From: Sphaerodactylus townsendi
Lineage: Eukaryota
Reading direction: 5' to 3'
Assembly (NCBI RefSeq): GCF_021028975.2
Contig: NC_059425.1
Span: 122,388,001 to 122,452,000 of the forward strand
Length of the DNA stretch: 64,000 bases
Part shown: positions 23,772 to 36,100 of the stretch, piece after piece
Layout of the letters: every line of letters begins with the position of its first letter
Position numbering within the stretch: position 1 is the stretch's first letter
Made by a program: the position numbers and the translations under genes
Notes under the pieces: generated by a model
What the model was told of the DNA's origin: nothing
The model's database searches: none
The model's input: the letters and a program-made list of their open reading frames with translations, nothing else

Positions 23772-26700
23772 ACCTAGATTTTACAGTTAAGAGACTTCCA
23801 GTGCCATACTAAGCAGAGTAATACCCTTCCAGACCTATTGAATTAAATGGATTGAGAAGGGTGTACCTCATTGTAGGAAGAATGTGCCAATTGAGTCTCA
23901 ACTGACTCATGACGACCACATCCACAGGGTATTTCAGTCAAGAGATGAGCAGAGGTAGTTTGCCATTGACTGTATACCAATCCCAGCCTTATTTAGTGGT
24001 CTCCCTTGAAAGTATGGACCAATTACTCCTAAGTTCTGACATGCCCAGGGTAAGCTGGCTATTCAGGCTATTCATTTTAAGATGGCAGTGTTAATCATTA
24101 TTAATTTCTACTGTTATGTTCTGAGTTACATGAGTCCTCCAGGTTGCTCAGTGGATTGATAAATTAGCCCTTAACAAAGAAATCAGTGGCATTTTCAACA
24201 TGGAATCAAAATATGCTTATGTTATTGTGATTATAATTAACAGTTTGCACCTCTTTTTAAATACAGTAATGAGCAACAAATGACTAAAATCAGAACAAGT
24301 GTAAAATAAACTTATGTTGTAAGAGATCTAATCAGAAATTTCTTAAGGTGGCCTAATCTTTTCTCATCCCATATTGATTGCTGTATAACAATATAATAGG
24401 CATGAATTCTGTGAATTTGGCTTTCTTCTCAGATCTTGGCAGATCTCCATAATTTAAATACATTTGCATTGATTTTAAATGGAGCTAAATTGGTTCTATC
24501 TTATGTCTAATAATGACTTGAGTTCTACCTGATCTGTGGATCCTTAAATCTGTGCTTCAAGGCCATTTTCACAGTTTAAAAAACCCACCAATTTGGGGGA
24601 CATTCCCTGTAGGCTTGCAGAGAATTTTGAAAACTTTTAAAATGGATGGGGGGATTTAACTCCTTGCAAATGGAGGAGCCCTGTCTGTGCTTGAGCACAC
24701 AATGCACTTCTGCTGGCTGGACATCATCCGCTCGCCTCACCGTGTGCTGCAGATATTGGAGGAGCGGGAGCTGCTGGTGCCCCTTGCACCACGTACGAAG
24801 AGGGGATAAGAACTGTAAGCAGGAGAGACTTTGATGCTTTCCTGAGGGCTGGGAGGGGATGGCAAAGGGTGGCTTTGGAAAAAGTGAACAAACTTTCTGT
24901 CTCCCCCGCCCCCTTTTCCTCCTCTCTGTGCATGGTGGAAGACAGAGTACTAGCTCTCCCCACTTGGGGAGGAAGAAGTCATCACTGCTGCCACACTCAC
25001 TCTCCCATGGGAAAAAGAAGTTGCAATTTGCCCCTACAGCTGGAGAGGAGGAGGGAGGAGGAAGAGTTGTGGTTTGCCCTGCCCACAGGAGGATGACATC
25101 AGCAAAGCAGCTGCAGAGGAAGCAACTGCTGCTACAACACACACACTCTTATGTAAAGCTCAGGCAGGTAGATGTGTGGGAGCAAAGACTCACTGGCAAG
25201 TTCAGGCGGGGTAAGAAGGATGGACTGGCGGGAACAGGGAGGAGTGGGAACCATTAATGCTGCCCCACCACAGCTGCTGTGTAAACTGCAGAAGGATGTC
25301 AGTGTGGCCAGGGAGGCAGGAGCTGCTAGAGTACTCCCCCCCCCCTTTTAAAAAATAGGAACTGGTGAGTGCATGAGCCAGGTGGGCTGGCAGATTATGA
25401 AGGGGAGGGGACAGCAGCCATGGTAGTGTTGTTGGGAGAGGACTGCCCAGCGAGTGGCTTGCTCAGTGGGGAAGGAGGGGGGAAGTGGAGGATAGGATTC
25501 CCCCAGTAAGTCTTTTGGTTCCTCAGTTGTTGTACTGGTTGTGCTAATTCCACTTTGTTCCTGTGATTCATAGAGGCTTGATTTAAAGTTTTGTAAGTTT
25601 GAAACATGGTGGTTCATATTACAGTCTGCAGTTTATAGATGTTGATCATTTCTAGTTAAATGTGTACTTTAAAAAGAAAAGCATTCAGAGTTGGGAATGT
25701 GAGGTTTGGTCTAGAAAAAAATTGAAGTGGTCAATTGAGTGATGTCTGTAATGTTTCTTTGTAACACTTTTTTTGCAATTAAAACACCAGAAGTATAGTC
25801 TTACTCAGAGCTATACCCTTCTAACCATTGATGTTAAAGATGTTAAAATTCTGATTTTATGTTTCATGTCTAATCTGTTTTATGTGTTTGTAAGCTGCCT
25901 TAAAGTCTGGAAGGAAGGTGGCTAATAAATACTTTAAATAATAAATAAATAAAATTGTGCTGAGAATCCAGTTTTCTTTAGGTCTGGTTCTCTTTAAGAG
26001 TGCTCTTGTTCTTGTGGCTGTTCATTTTCCTTTTGACCTTTTGCTGTGCTTGCAAGGTTTTATATCTTAATATGTATGTTATAAAATATATGTCATGGAT
26101 TCTAAGATACTTAGAAAAAGGCAAGCCTAGAAATATTCTAAATAACAAAGCAACAATTTAAACAACATTTATTTTATGCCGGTTCATAGGACTTGTGTTG
26201 CCTTGCAAGTGATTGCTGACAGAGCTGGTGCCAAATGATAATTTTGCATATTTGAAATGCATATTTACACAGTAGCAGGCTGTTCAGTGCAAAAACAGCT
26301 TTGTCAGTCTTTCCTCTCTGTTCTCTTAACCTCCCTACTGATAGAGTTCATGTGGAGGATTTATACTTCTACAGAGAAGAATAGCATGCTGCATGTGACC
26401 AGGTTTGAGATGCTTGTTTGACCTCTGTCTTAAGGGTTGCTTAGTTTCTGGATAGCGACTAAGTGCTTAGTTGTGCACAACAGCATATGTTCCTTCTGCT
26501 CCACCAAAAAAAAATGGGAGAAATGCAGTATAACTTCAATATGGCCAAGAACAGATCTAATTTGGGTAGCCTTCATCGTACTTTCTACTAAGCACAAAGC
26601 AAGGGAATCTATGCCAAACTGACATGGATCAATTCAGTCATCATAACTGCAAACTTTTGTATCCTGAGGCCCGAGTGTTGCTTCTCGGCTTCATATGGGT

Positions 26701-27104
26701 CTGTTCAACTGTGTCAATGTTCGTAATCAAGCAGAGTGCTTAGGCCTGGCCTAACTTTCATAATATACGCAGAAATATGTTTACTCCAAATATTCTTTCA
26801 GCAAATTAAAATAATGTAGGTTCTTGTTTCTACCAGCACCTAGAAGAAAAGAAGTGATCTGAATCTAAGTAGTGTTCGTTAAGTATTCTTCCTTTTAGTT
26901 GCTCAAAATGCTTCTATTTACATTGATTAGTGCTTCTGTAAAAGGAAGAGATTATTTTAGTTAGAAATATAACAGCAGTTTTTAAAATTCTTTTCAACCA
27001 TACAAACTGTTTGTGATCACTTGAGGTAATGCTTTATTTCTATTAAAAGATGGGAAATATTTTTCCTGATTTCATGAAGTAGCAAGCTGTACTTTCAAAT
27101 AGTA

Positions 27105-27680
27105 ATTGTCCTATTTAGAAGCTTATAGAAAATTAAAAGGTCAACTATTGGATAGAGAGTTCTCTACCCTAAACACTGCAGCCAAGAAAACGTGCTCCCC
27201 CCTGTATTTTTCTCTCCCATTTGAATGGAGCCACTTGGCACACTACCTGTATTGCTTAATAAACCCTGCTCAAAGGAGAGCCATAATGCTTGCCAGGTTT
27301 AATGTTATGCCTTCTGCCTTGTTACACGGCAGATTTAATAAGCAAGAAAAGGCTAAAAGATTGTGCCCATGTAACGGTGGCCCAGTTGAATCTCTGGCCC
27401 ACCAATTACTACACTGTCTCAGATTCAAGGAAATCAGATCCAAGTATGTGAATCTTACTCCTTTACATTTACCCCATCTCCCCGATTTAATTAGATTACA
27501 CTACTTGTTGGACAATCCTGATCCTTCTCCCTGTATGATAGTGGCAGACTTTCTCCTGGAAATTACTAAACGCCAGTAGATTTCCTTCGATCTAACATTT
27601 ATTTCCTGTATTGTGTATGCTTTTTAATCCGTTTTTTATTATTGTTGTACTGTTGTCTATGCCAATAAAGGCTTGCTAAA
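27105..27680 (+). mobile_element. RTE-X-like LINE 3' fragment
   Basis: ORF 27106-27579 with RRAIMLARF..LPSALLHGRF..RLCPC..ESLAHQLLHC; AATAAAGG end; homologous to the C-terminus of the LINE at 42.8-45.2 kb. Confidence 0.75.
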
Positions 27681-27773
27681 AACAAGTTTTCCTATATGCT
27701 ACTGAAATTGACTGGATTTGCTGAGAAATTATCAGTTATCTCTTTGAAGTTCTCATGTACCAGCAGTTTAAAA

Positions 27774-28570
27774 CAGTGGTTCCCAAATCTTTTCAAACCA
27801 CCTCCCTCTTGGTTCCATAAACTCATCCCCAGCGCCCCTGCTCTACCCAATAAAAACTGTCATTCAGAGAATAGAGGTCTGTACAACCCACTAAGAAAGA
27901 TAACAATAAAATGCAAAACCAACAATTAATTGCCCATGTATTGAAAATCAAGTTAAAATGTTTTAGTTTAAATCATTCAACAAAACTGATGAGCTTGATC
28001 CAGCTTTTCCAAATCTGATAGTCACTCACCAAGAATCTTAGATACCACAATTAGTAACTAATACAATAACCTTTATTAGACATAAATTAAAAATTATTTA
28101 CAATCTAACCAGAAACCTATAAAATTAGTAACTACTTCACTGTTCAGTCAGGCCCCTTCCGCACACGCAAAATAATGCGTTTTCAAACCACTTTCACAAC
28201 TGTTTGCAAGTGGATTTTGCCATTCCGCACAGCTTCAAAGAGCATTGAAAACAGTTTGAAAGTGCATTATTCTGCATGTGCGGAATGAGCCTCAGTTTGT
28301 AATGCAATGGATGGGCTTGATGAAGTGATTTCAAATGTCTGGTTTAAAGTCTCGTAGCAGGAGTCTTAGATCATCATGTTTAGTAATTTGGAGTTGATTT
28401 CTTTGTTTGGATAGAAGTTCAACGACCACACTAAAACCATGTTCTGTCAAGTATGATGTTGTAAATGTAATGAAGAGTTTCTTAACCATTGCAAATAGTA
28501 CAGGATAGCAATCAGAAATGTCTCTCTGTAATTAAACACTTGGTACAATTATTTAAATTTCAGCTCAATG
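27774..28570 (-). mobile_element. hAT-Charlie transposon remnant with transposase C-terminal dimerisation domain
   Basis: TIR-like CAGTGGTTCCCAAA at 27774. Minus strand 28530-28331 reads LQRDISDCYPVLFAMVKKLFITFTTSYLTEHGFSVVVELLSKQRNQLQITKHDDLRLLLRDFKPDI*, then HQAHP in another frame. Interrupted by the MITE at 28151; may extend to ~30290. Confidence 0.75.
28151..28291 (+). mobile_element. PIF/Harbinger-like MITE (family B)
   Basis: TSD TCA/TCA; near-identical to 30642-30782. Confidence 0.88.
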
Positions 28571-28960
28571 TTATTTTCAGACCCATCCACAGTAGAGGGT
28601 GGGGCTGAAAGGGCTCTTGGAAATTTCATGGCTTTGCGCCTTTGCATTTGCCATCCCCAAATACTTACCCCGGCGGAGGGGGCAGATGTGCTGCCAGCCA
28701 TGCATCTTGTGTGTCCTGCAGTCCTACCATCACAAAATCTGAAAGTTCAGGCTGTGGCAGGTCTGTGGTAGTGTCCTCCTCAGACGACAGCATGTGGGGG
28801 TGACTCATGCATTTCTGGGAGTGGAACTGATGTTAATCAGCTCCATCTCATGGTTTAGAGTAAGGACCTTGGCCTTTAGACTTACGCCACCCTTTTTGTG
28901 GCATATGTCCTTTTAGTCCTATGGGGCTGTTTGGTGGTGTGTGTGTGAAAGCTTTTCTGA

Positions 28961-29101
28961 AGCTCTTTCCGCACATACAAAATAATGCACTTTCAAACTG
29001 CTTTCAGTGCTCTTTGAAGCTGTGCGGAATGGCAAAATCCACTTGCAAACAGTTGTGAAAGTGGTTTGAAAACGCATTATTTTGCGTGTGCGGAAGGGGC
29101 C
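28961..29101 (-). mobile_element. PIF/Harbinger-like MITE (family B), inverted
   Basis: Reverse complement of the 28151 copy; TSD TGA/TGA. Confidence 0.88.
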
Positions 29102-30393
29102 TGAGTTTCTCATGCTGCCGAAAAGCCTATTGGAGGTGGCGGGCTGGCGTTACACTGGTGCTACGTTCTGCCGCCTCCAGGTTTGGATAGGCCTGCCTGT
29201 CACTCAATTAGTTCTTCCTCTACTACCTCAGCTTCCTCAATATATGAAAATGGATTGTCACCCATTCTAGAATTTCCATCAAAAGAAGATCCTCAAATCA
29301 CTCAGACATTTCTTCATGCAGCATATCCAAATTGTCACAAATCGTATATTTACCAAAAATTCTGATAAATTCTGCCTATTTCAGCACTATACAGAGGAAG
29401 AAACTCAGAGTCCCATTTGCCAGCATGGCTCTATAATCACACTGCCTCCTCTAATTCCAGTGAGTTTATGCAGCACATATAAAAACAGACAAATGAAAAG
29501 GCAATGGCATAGGGTGTGACAGAGATTCATAAAAGATCAAGTAAATATTGAATTAAATTAATACACCTCCATTACAATTCCTTTTTAGTTAAATATTTGC
29601 ATGACACAGCTAATTACCAATAAATTTGGTTATATCCATGAAGAAGTTAAAGACTTCAACTTCAAATTAGCTAGTAAGGATTTTTTGTGGTTTTTGGAAT
29701 ATACCTACCGATATATGGTAAATATATAATACATTTGTTGCACTCTTCTTTTACAGCTAGAGGTTCCCAGAAAAACTAACTTATAAACACGAGTGGTGAT
29801 ACGTATGTACACATATGCTCTGATCTAATCTTGTAACTGGCAAATGAATATTTCATAAAAATATTTGTCACAGTCTTACTAATGAAAATGAAAGGGTGAA
29901 GTACATCTGTAGTATAAAAGATTTGTATAAAACTACTTGCCAAATATTCACAAGCCTTTGCTTACCAAAGATGTACCATAAACTAATTTTTAAAAAATCA
30001 GTAGCTAAATAATTCAGTATTTTATGGCTTGTGACAAATCAGAATTGTAATTATTAACTGTGATCGAAGGAAATAACTTGCAAAGCTATAAGAGCTGTAC
30101 AACTTTAAAGACAAAGCAAGGAAGGTGTTTCAGTAGGCTGAGCTTGGTCAATTATAATTAAGTGAACGAAACAGTCAAAGGGATTCACTTCCAGCACTGT
30201 CCCTACCACCGACCCCTTGCCTCTTTGTGCCCCGTGCGAAATCCTGCTGCCTCTCCACGGGCTGCACTGCCCACTTCAGGAACCACCACATGTCTGAGAA
30301 TACCAGTTGCCGAGAAACCCTGAGAATTCATCTGCAGGATCTACAGTAATTCATAATCTGGCTTTATTTGACCACCATGACTGTGGAGACTGA

Positions 30394-30544
30394 GGGTCCT
30401 TCTGCACATGCAGAATAATGCACTTTCAATCCACTTTCAATGCACTTTGGAGCTGGATTTTACTATGCGGAATAGCAAAATCCACTTGCAAACAATTGTG
30501 AAAGTGGATTGAAAGTGCATTATTCTACATGTGAAGAAGGGACC
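30394..30544. mobile_element. PIF/Harbinger-like MITE (family B variant)
   Basis: TSD TGA/TGA; same TIRs. Confidence 0.85.
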
Positions 30545-30641
30545 TGAGCCTGCTAGATTTCATGCTTGTTCAAGGAACCAGATATAATGGAGAATGAATG
30601 AGGAAACCAAAACCAGCAATTCACTTCCAAAGAAAGACCTC

Positions 30642-30782
30642 GGCCCCTTCCGCACACGCAAAATAATGCGTTTTGAAACCACTTTCACAACTGTTTGCAA
30701 GTGGATTTTGCTATTCCACACAGCTTCAAAGAGCACTGAAAGCAGTTTGAAAGTGCATTATTCTGCATGTGCGGAATGAGCC
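30642..30782 (+). mobile_element. PIF/Harbinger-like MITE (family B)
   Basis: Near-identical to 28151-28291; flanks CTC/CTT. Confidence 0.85.
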
Positions 30783-32724
30783 CTTGTCATTATGGGACAA
30801 CCACTAAAATGTGTCTTTTTATTAGTTCATGTTGTGCAATATAAAGCAATAAGAGGACTGCCCATGTTGGCTATAACTTGATGGCACTTCTTTCTCTCTC
30901 AAGTATATTGGGTTCTAAGCACTGAATGGTTTATACATCAAAAACAATTTCTGATGGAAATTGAATATGCATTGAAAGTCCTGTTGCAAAAATAAAAACA
31001 AATTCCTTGAAATCAAACCAATGTACTGGTTAAGGTCAAACGTCTCCTTTTAAAAACTACAGGCAGCAACGTATTCCAGCAAGGCCAAGGATTGGATGTG
31101 GGATCCAGGCCCATCAGTATCTGCCTAAGGGGAGGCCCAAACATAGTGTGTGCTGCAACTTTTGGCAGTCTTGTTTCTGAATTCTCCATCTTCCCTTTCA
31201 CTTGGGGGCACTGTGACGTCACTCTTGTGCTAATAAAGTATTCTGTGTTCCTTAGATGTAAGCTGGAATAGGGTTTTTGTTAAGCACTGTTTAATATAAA
31301 TGTAGTATCTACCACATTTTAGTTGTAATATTTGGCTGTAATTTAGAAACTGTGCAATTGAAAGTATTTTTATCCTCCCTTTTTGTTATCTGACTTTTCA
31401 TGTAAGCATTTAATTAAAAATGAGCAGTATAACAACAGCAGAAAAATGACCAATAACTATCAGCAGCCAGCAGATCTCTAAATGCTGCCTTAAATGGGTG
31501 AGTTTCTAAGTTATAGAAAGCCAAGAATAATAAAAAATAGATGAGCCTTTAATGAGAGAGAACTTGGGAGTGATTGCTGATGGAGAAATCTTCCTTACTT
31601 CAACTGGTAAATGAATAGCTACTATTGTACTCTTGGGTTGCTAGTGATCTGCAACAAATTGCACATGTTCAATATACATCTCACCTCCAAATGAAGTTTG
31701 AGAGGAAGTTGGCATATCTGTTCTGTGGCATGTTGTAATAGTTACAGAGGCATGAAAGCTCCGAAATAGTACAATGTATTGTATGTATGGAAATGGTGTA
31801 TAGGAATGTTTGCTTTTGTTCTTTATTGGGTAGGAAAATTAACTGGAGTTAGTCTTATGGAAACTGAATCATTATTTTCAAAAGGTACATGGAATACTTA
31901 AATGTATTTTTAGTCCTAATGAGATAAAAGGCAGGTATATGTAGACAGCATGTGAAAGATTATCCTATCATATAGATTATCCTATCATATAGATCCTATC
32001 ATGTCTCATGCACCCTAGCTTTAAAGGTACTGATTGCAGGGAAACTGTTGAAGTCTGGAAGCACTCTGTTCAAATCAGGATTCTACAATGAAGTTCGCTA
32101 ATTGACCATGGACCAGGCAATGAAGTTCGCTAATTGACCAGATCTCTCTCCCAGCCTAATCTGTTTTGCTGGTTTTGTTACCCAAACTGGATCCAGAGAG
32201 GGAGAAATGAGCTGTTAATGGGTTTCTGGAAGGGTAATCAAGGGATTCCTGAAACTGCCAAAACAATTGGTGATCCTCAATCCAGGGGCCAGAAATAAGA
32301 CATGAAGATGAGATTGAGGAAGTGACACAACAATGGAAGCTGGGACATAATTTGAAACTAGAAGTGTGTAGCCAATCCAGAAATGAGAGCAGGAGGGAAC
32401 AAGGAATAGACCGAGAGCACAGAAGGGAGGATGGGTTAGAATGGGTGCAAACTGTCTAAAGCACTTTGTTGTGAAGAGTGTGAGAAATATTTGTTTTGTA
32501 TATATACCAATGAGCAGTTGCTGTGGTTAGAGTACTGGTATCAGGGAGACCTAGGTTAGAGTCCCCACTCTGCCATGGAAGTTTTCAACAACAGACAGTG
32601 TTACAGTGAGGATAAAATTGAGATGAGGAGAACAATGTAATCTTCTTTGTATCCCCACAGAAGAGAAAGGAGTATAATTTACGTTCCACAACTGAAATGA
32701 CTCTTTCTCAAGTTGCAACACATC

Positions 32725-33115
32725 CAGTGGTGGGATCCAAAAAATTTAGTAACAGGTTCCCATGGTGGTAGGATTCAAACTGTGGTGTAGCGCCAATGGG
32801 GCTGGGCAAGGCACGATGGGGCGTGGCTGGGCATTCCGGGGGCAGGGCATTCTTGGGCAGAGCTGTGGCAAGGACGCAGCTGCTGCGCCGGTCCTTGGGC
32901 GGGAAACGAATGCAAGCAGGCGCAGGCTGCCACGCATACCGGTGCACCTCCTGCTAGACTGCTTCAAGTTCTGCGCACTACTACTGAGAGGAGGGGCGTA
33001 ACTAAGGCAAAAATCACATGGCAAAATCACCAATTAGTAACCCCCCCATGGCACACACAAATAATTAGTAACCTACTCTCAGGAACTTGTGAGAACCTGC
33101 TGGATCCCACCTCTG
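32725..33115 (+). mobile_element. 391-bp non-autonomous hAT element (family C), intact copy
   Basis: TIR CAGTGGTGGGATCCA / TGGATCCCACCTCTG; TSD AACACATC/AACGCATC. Confidence 0.88.
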
Positions 33116-36100
33116 AACGCATCTAACTTCAGTTGGCAAGGACATTCAACAAGGGTCACTGAAAATAACTACAGTGGTAGGGTAGGTTTACATGGGAGTA
33201 GGTAGTTCCAAAGCATAGAAGGATTGCATCAGTGAGTAATGTTCTGGCAGACTGCTGAAGTTGCTTGCAGTTGGACAGTGGAGAATGATCTCTGAAGCAG
33301 GAAGTTTTGTAGTAGAGAATATGGAGCTTGGGGTTCTACAGTGATGTCCCCGTGGCTTGTATACTTGCTGGCACATACCCTTTAATCTCTTCACCATCCA
33401 AGGCTTGTCAAGAAGTTGAGATAAAAATCAGAGGATCTGACTTGCATAGCTCATTGTTGGCTAGGATGACCATGGTACTATAGTAGATGGGAACTCTCTT
33501 TACAGAGCCTGTGGCAGACCCAACAGAACCAGGCATGCGGAACAAGGGTCCAATCTACTTTCTAATATCAATTGAATTCACTTGTGTGTGTGCAGACTGA
33601 GAGGAAGTGTTGCATAACAATTGATTTATTGCAGAAAATTATCCAAGTGATAATGGCTTCCCTTATACACTTTTAGAATATACAACACCACATGGAGAAA
33701 GGAGAAAGAAGGTAATGGCTTTTGACATTTTTTTGGCACATTATGTTCTTTTGTTTCTTCAGGTCTGCTCAGACATGTATATCTCATGTCAAGAATTCTC
33801 ACCACCAATAGATGGCATCACAATATCTGGAATCTCCCTGTGTGACTTCCTCCCATCAATAGATTTCTGTTGTGGACGATGTCTCATGCACCCTAGCTTT
33901 AAAGGAATATCCTGGGGAAGTTCAAAGATACTGCCCTTCAAGTCTTTTTCCTCATGATAATTGCTTCTGCCTGGCTAACATTAGAACTAGAGGTCTTTTC
34001 CATTTGTTTAGGCCTTTGTATCTTTCACAAGAACAAAATAGTGCTCAGAGTAGATGCCAGAGGCTACTTCCATATGGCAGCCATCCAGGTTGTGGTGTGA
34101 TCTCCCTCACCCGCCAAAAAACACCCAAAAACCTTTCAGGAAAGCAGATTAGGAATGAGCAAAGATAACTGAGGGAAATGCCTGAGATGTCCATGAATGC
34201 ACCATGCCCCTATAGGAGGGGGGGGGGGGGATTCCTTCCAATAGAATTGAACTTGGGCCAGTAACCTTTGTGGAACTGAAGAAGTGTATTTCCTGAAGAA
34301 CTAACTGTAAAAACTTCAATAAATTGAAATTCTGGAAGATTTTATATATTACACAAACCTGTATTAGAACATCACAGGAAGCATTTTTATGCTGAGTAAG
34401 ACCACTGGTCTTAATCTAACTGGCAGCAGCAGAAAAAAAATCTTTCCCAATATCTTTTACTTGAGAGTCTGTAACTGCTGTTACCAGGGAATAAATTTGT
34501 GATCTTCTGTATGCAGGGTTTGTGCTCCTGTGCTGAGTTACAGACCCTCCCTGGGGCTTTGGAAACAACCCGATGTGAAAGAATCATTCCTTAACCTGAA
34601 CCCTGCTGCTTATCAAGACAGCATTATTTTTTTCTGCAACAAATAAATTGTATTTCTCCTCTCACTTGCCACCCCCTGCAGGGATTTCTTCATGGGTTCC
34701 CACATGACAAAAAGTGATTTTGAAAGGAGAGAACAGTTTTGTGGCAAAAGGTGCAGGGTTTTTTTGCCGCCCCCCCCCCCCTCCGTCCACTGCGCTGTGG
34801 TTTGCATTTTCCCTGGCCCCATAGAGATTCAGTAGCAGAGTGATACTGCACATTGGCCTACTGCTGTCTTACATAGTTTGGATTGAAAGAGTGAATTTTA
34901 TAGCTGGAGTAACTTATGAGATAAACATATTTTCTTTGAATTTCACAGATATTCTTAGAGAGCGATTTCTTGTTGGTTGTTGCATCTTGTGTTTTATGTT
35001 AAATCTCAGCTGCACAGTTTGATCTCTTCCCTGAAGCACCCATTCATCATTAAGGTTGCACACAAAAGCAGAAAAACAAACCTCCCTTCACTGTAATAGG
35101 ACGGGGAGAAATGGCAGCACAGGGCTTTAGCTTTGTGATTGGCTGAAGCAGATCACACCTCTGGAACATGTTTATCCCTTTGTGCAATGCTTCATATTCA
35201 AAAAATATATCATTACACTGTTTGCAAATTACTTATGTGGGTCAGCTGTGAATAAGGGGAATGAATAAGTGTTTTTCTTTTGAGAACAGTAAGTCCTATG
35301 TGGTGGGTGGTTGTTGTTTCAAATTCTGTTTTTGTTTTTTTCATTTTGTGGGTAGGGTTTTGGATGGAGAACCATGCTCACTTAAAAAAAAAGTACTCAA
35401 GAGTAGTTTTTCAAGCCTAGCAGTATGTTGACACATGAAATAAGCTGTGTGGGAGCCCAAATGAGATACCTTTTACTGCATATGTATGAGTACAAAATAT
35501 TACTTAATTGTAGTAATGTGCTTGTGTAAGAAAAATAAGCCATATGTCTTTAGCATTTTACAAGATACTTAGAGGTGCTACTTTATGACTTGTGTTAATT
35601 CAGATAAATGGTTTGCTTGAAGGTTCGACATACCGATTTATCTATATTACTCAATTTAATGTAATGTAAGAACAAAGATGTATAAGACAGAAGAACTAAT
35701 ACTTGCACTTGAATATTTTAAATCAGCCGTGGAAGAGCATTTGCTTTGTTTGCAGAAAGTCCAAGGCTCAATTCCCAGCATGTCCATCTGAAGATGATGA
35801 TTGCAGGTGATACGAGAAACCTCTCCCTGAGGCACTAGAGAGCTTCTGCTAGGCTGAATAGACAGTAGTGACCCTGATGGACTGATGTTTGGTAAAGCTC
35901 CTTTTCAAAAGCACAGGATGCTGAAGATTGCACTGGGACTTTAAAGCTCTTTTTTAAAAAAAGCCTTTACTATCTACTTTCAGAGACACCATTAGTGATG
36001 TGAAGGCCTGGGGGTAAGAATCAGAACAATTTGGATTTCTCCCTGAGGTTGGGTTGCCAACTTCCTGGTAGGGCCTGGCAATCTCCCAGAATTCCAACTG

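Noticed and set aside
24576-25620. 188-aa and other overlapping ORFs in a GC-rich intronic block
   Set aside because: No recognisable domain or sestrin similarity; probably an unclassified repeat.
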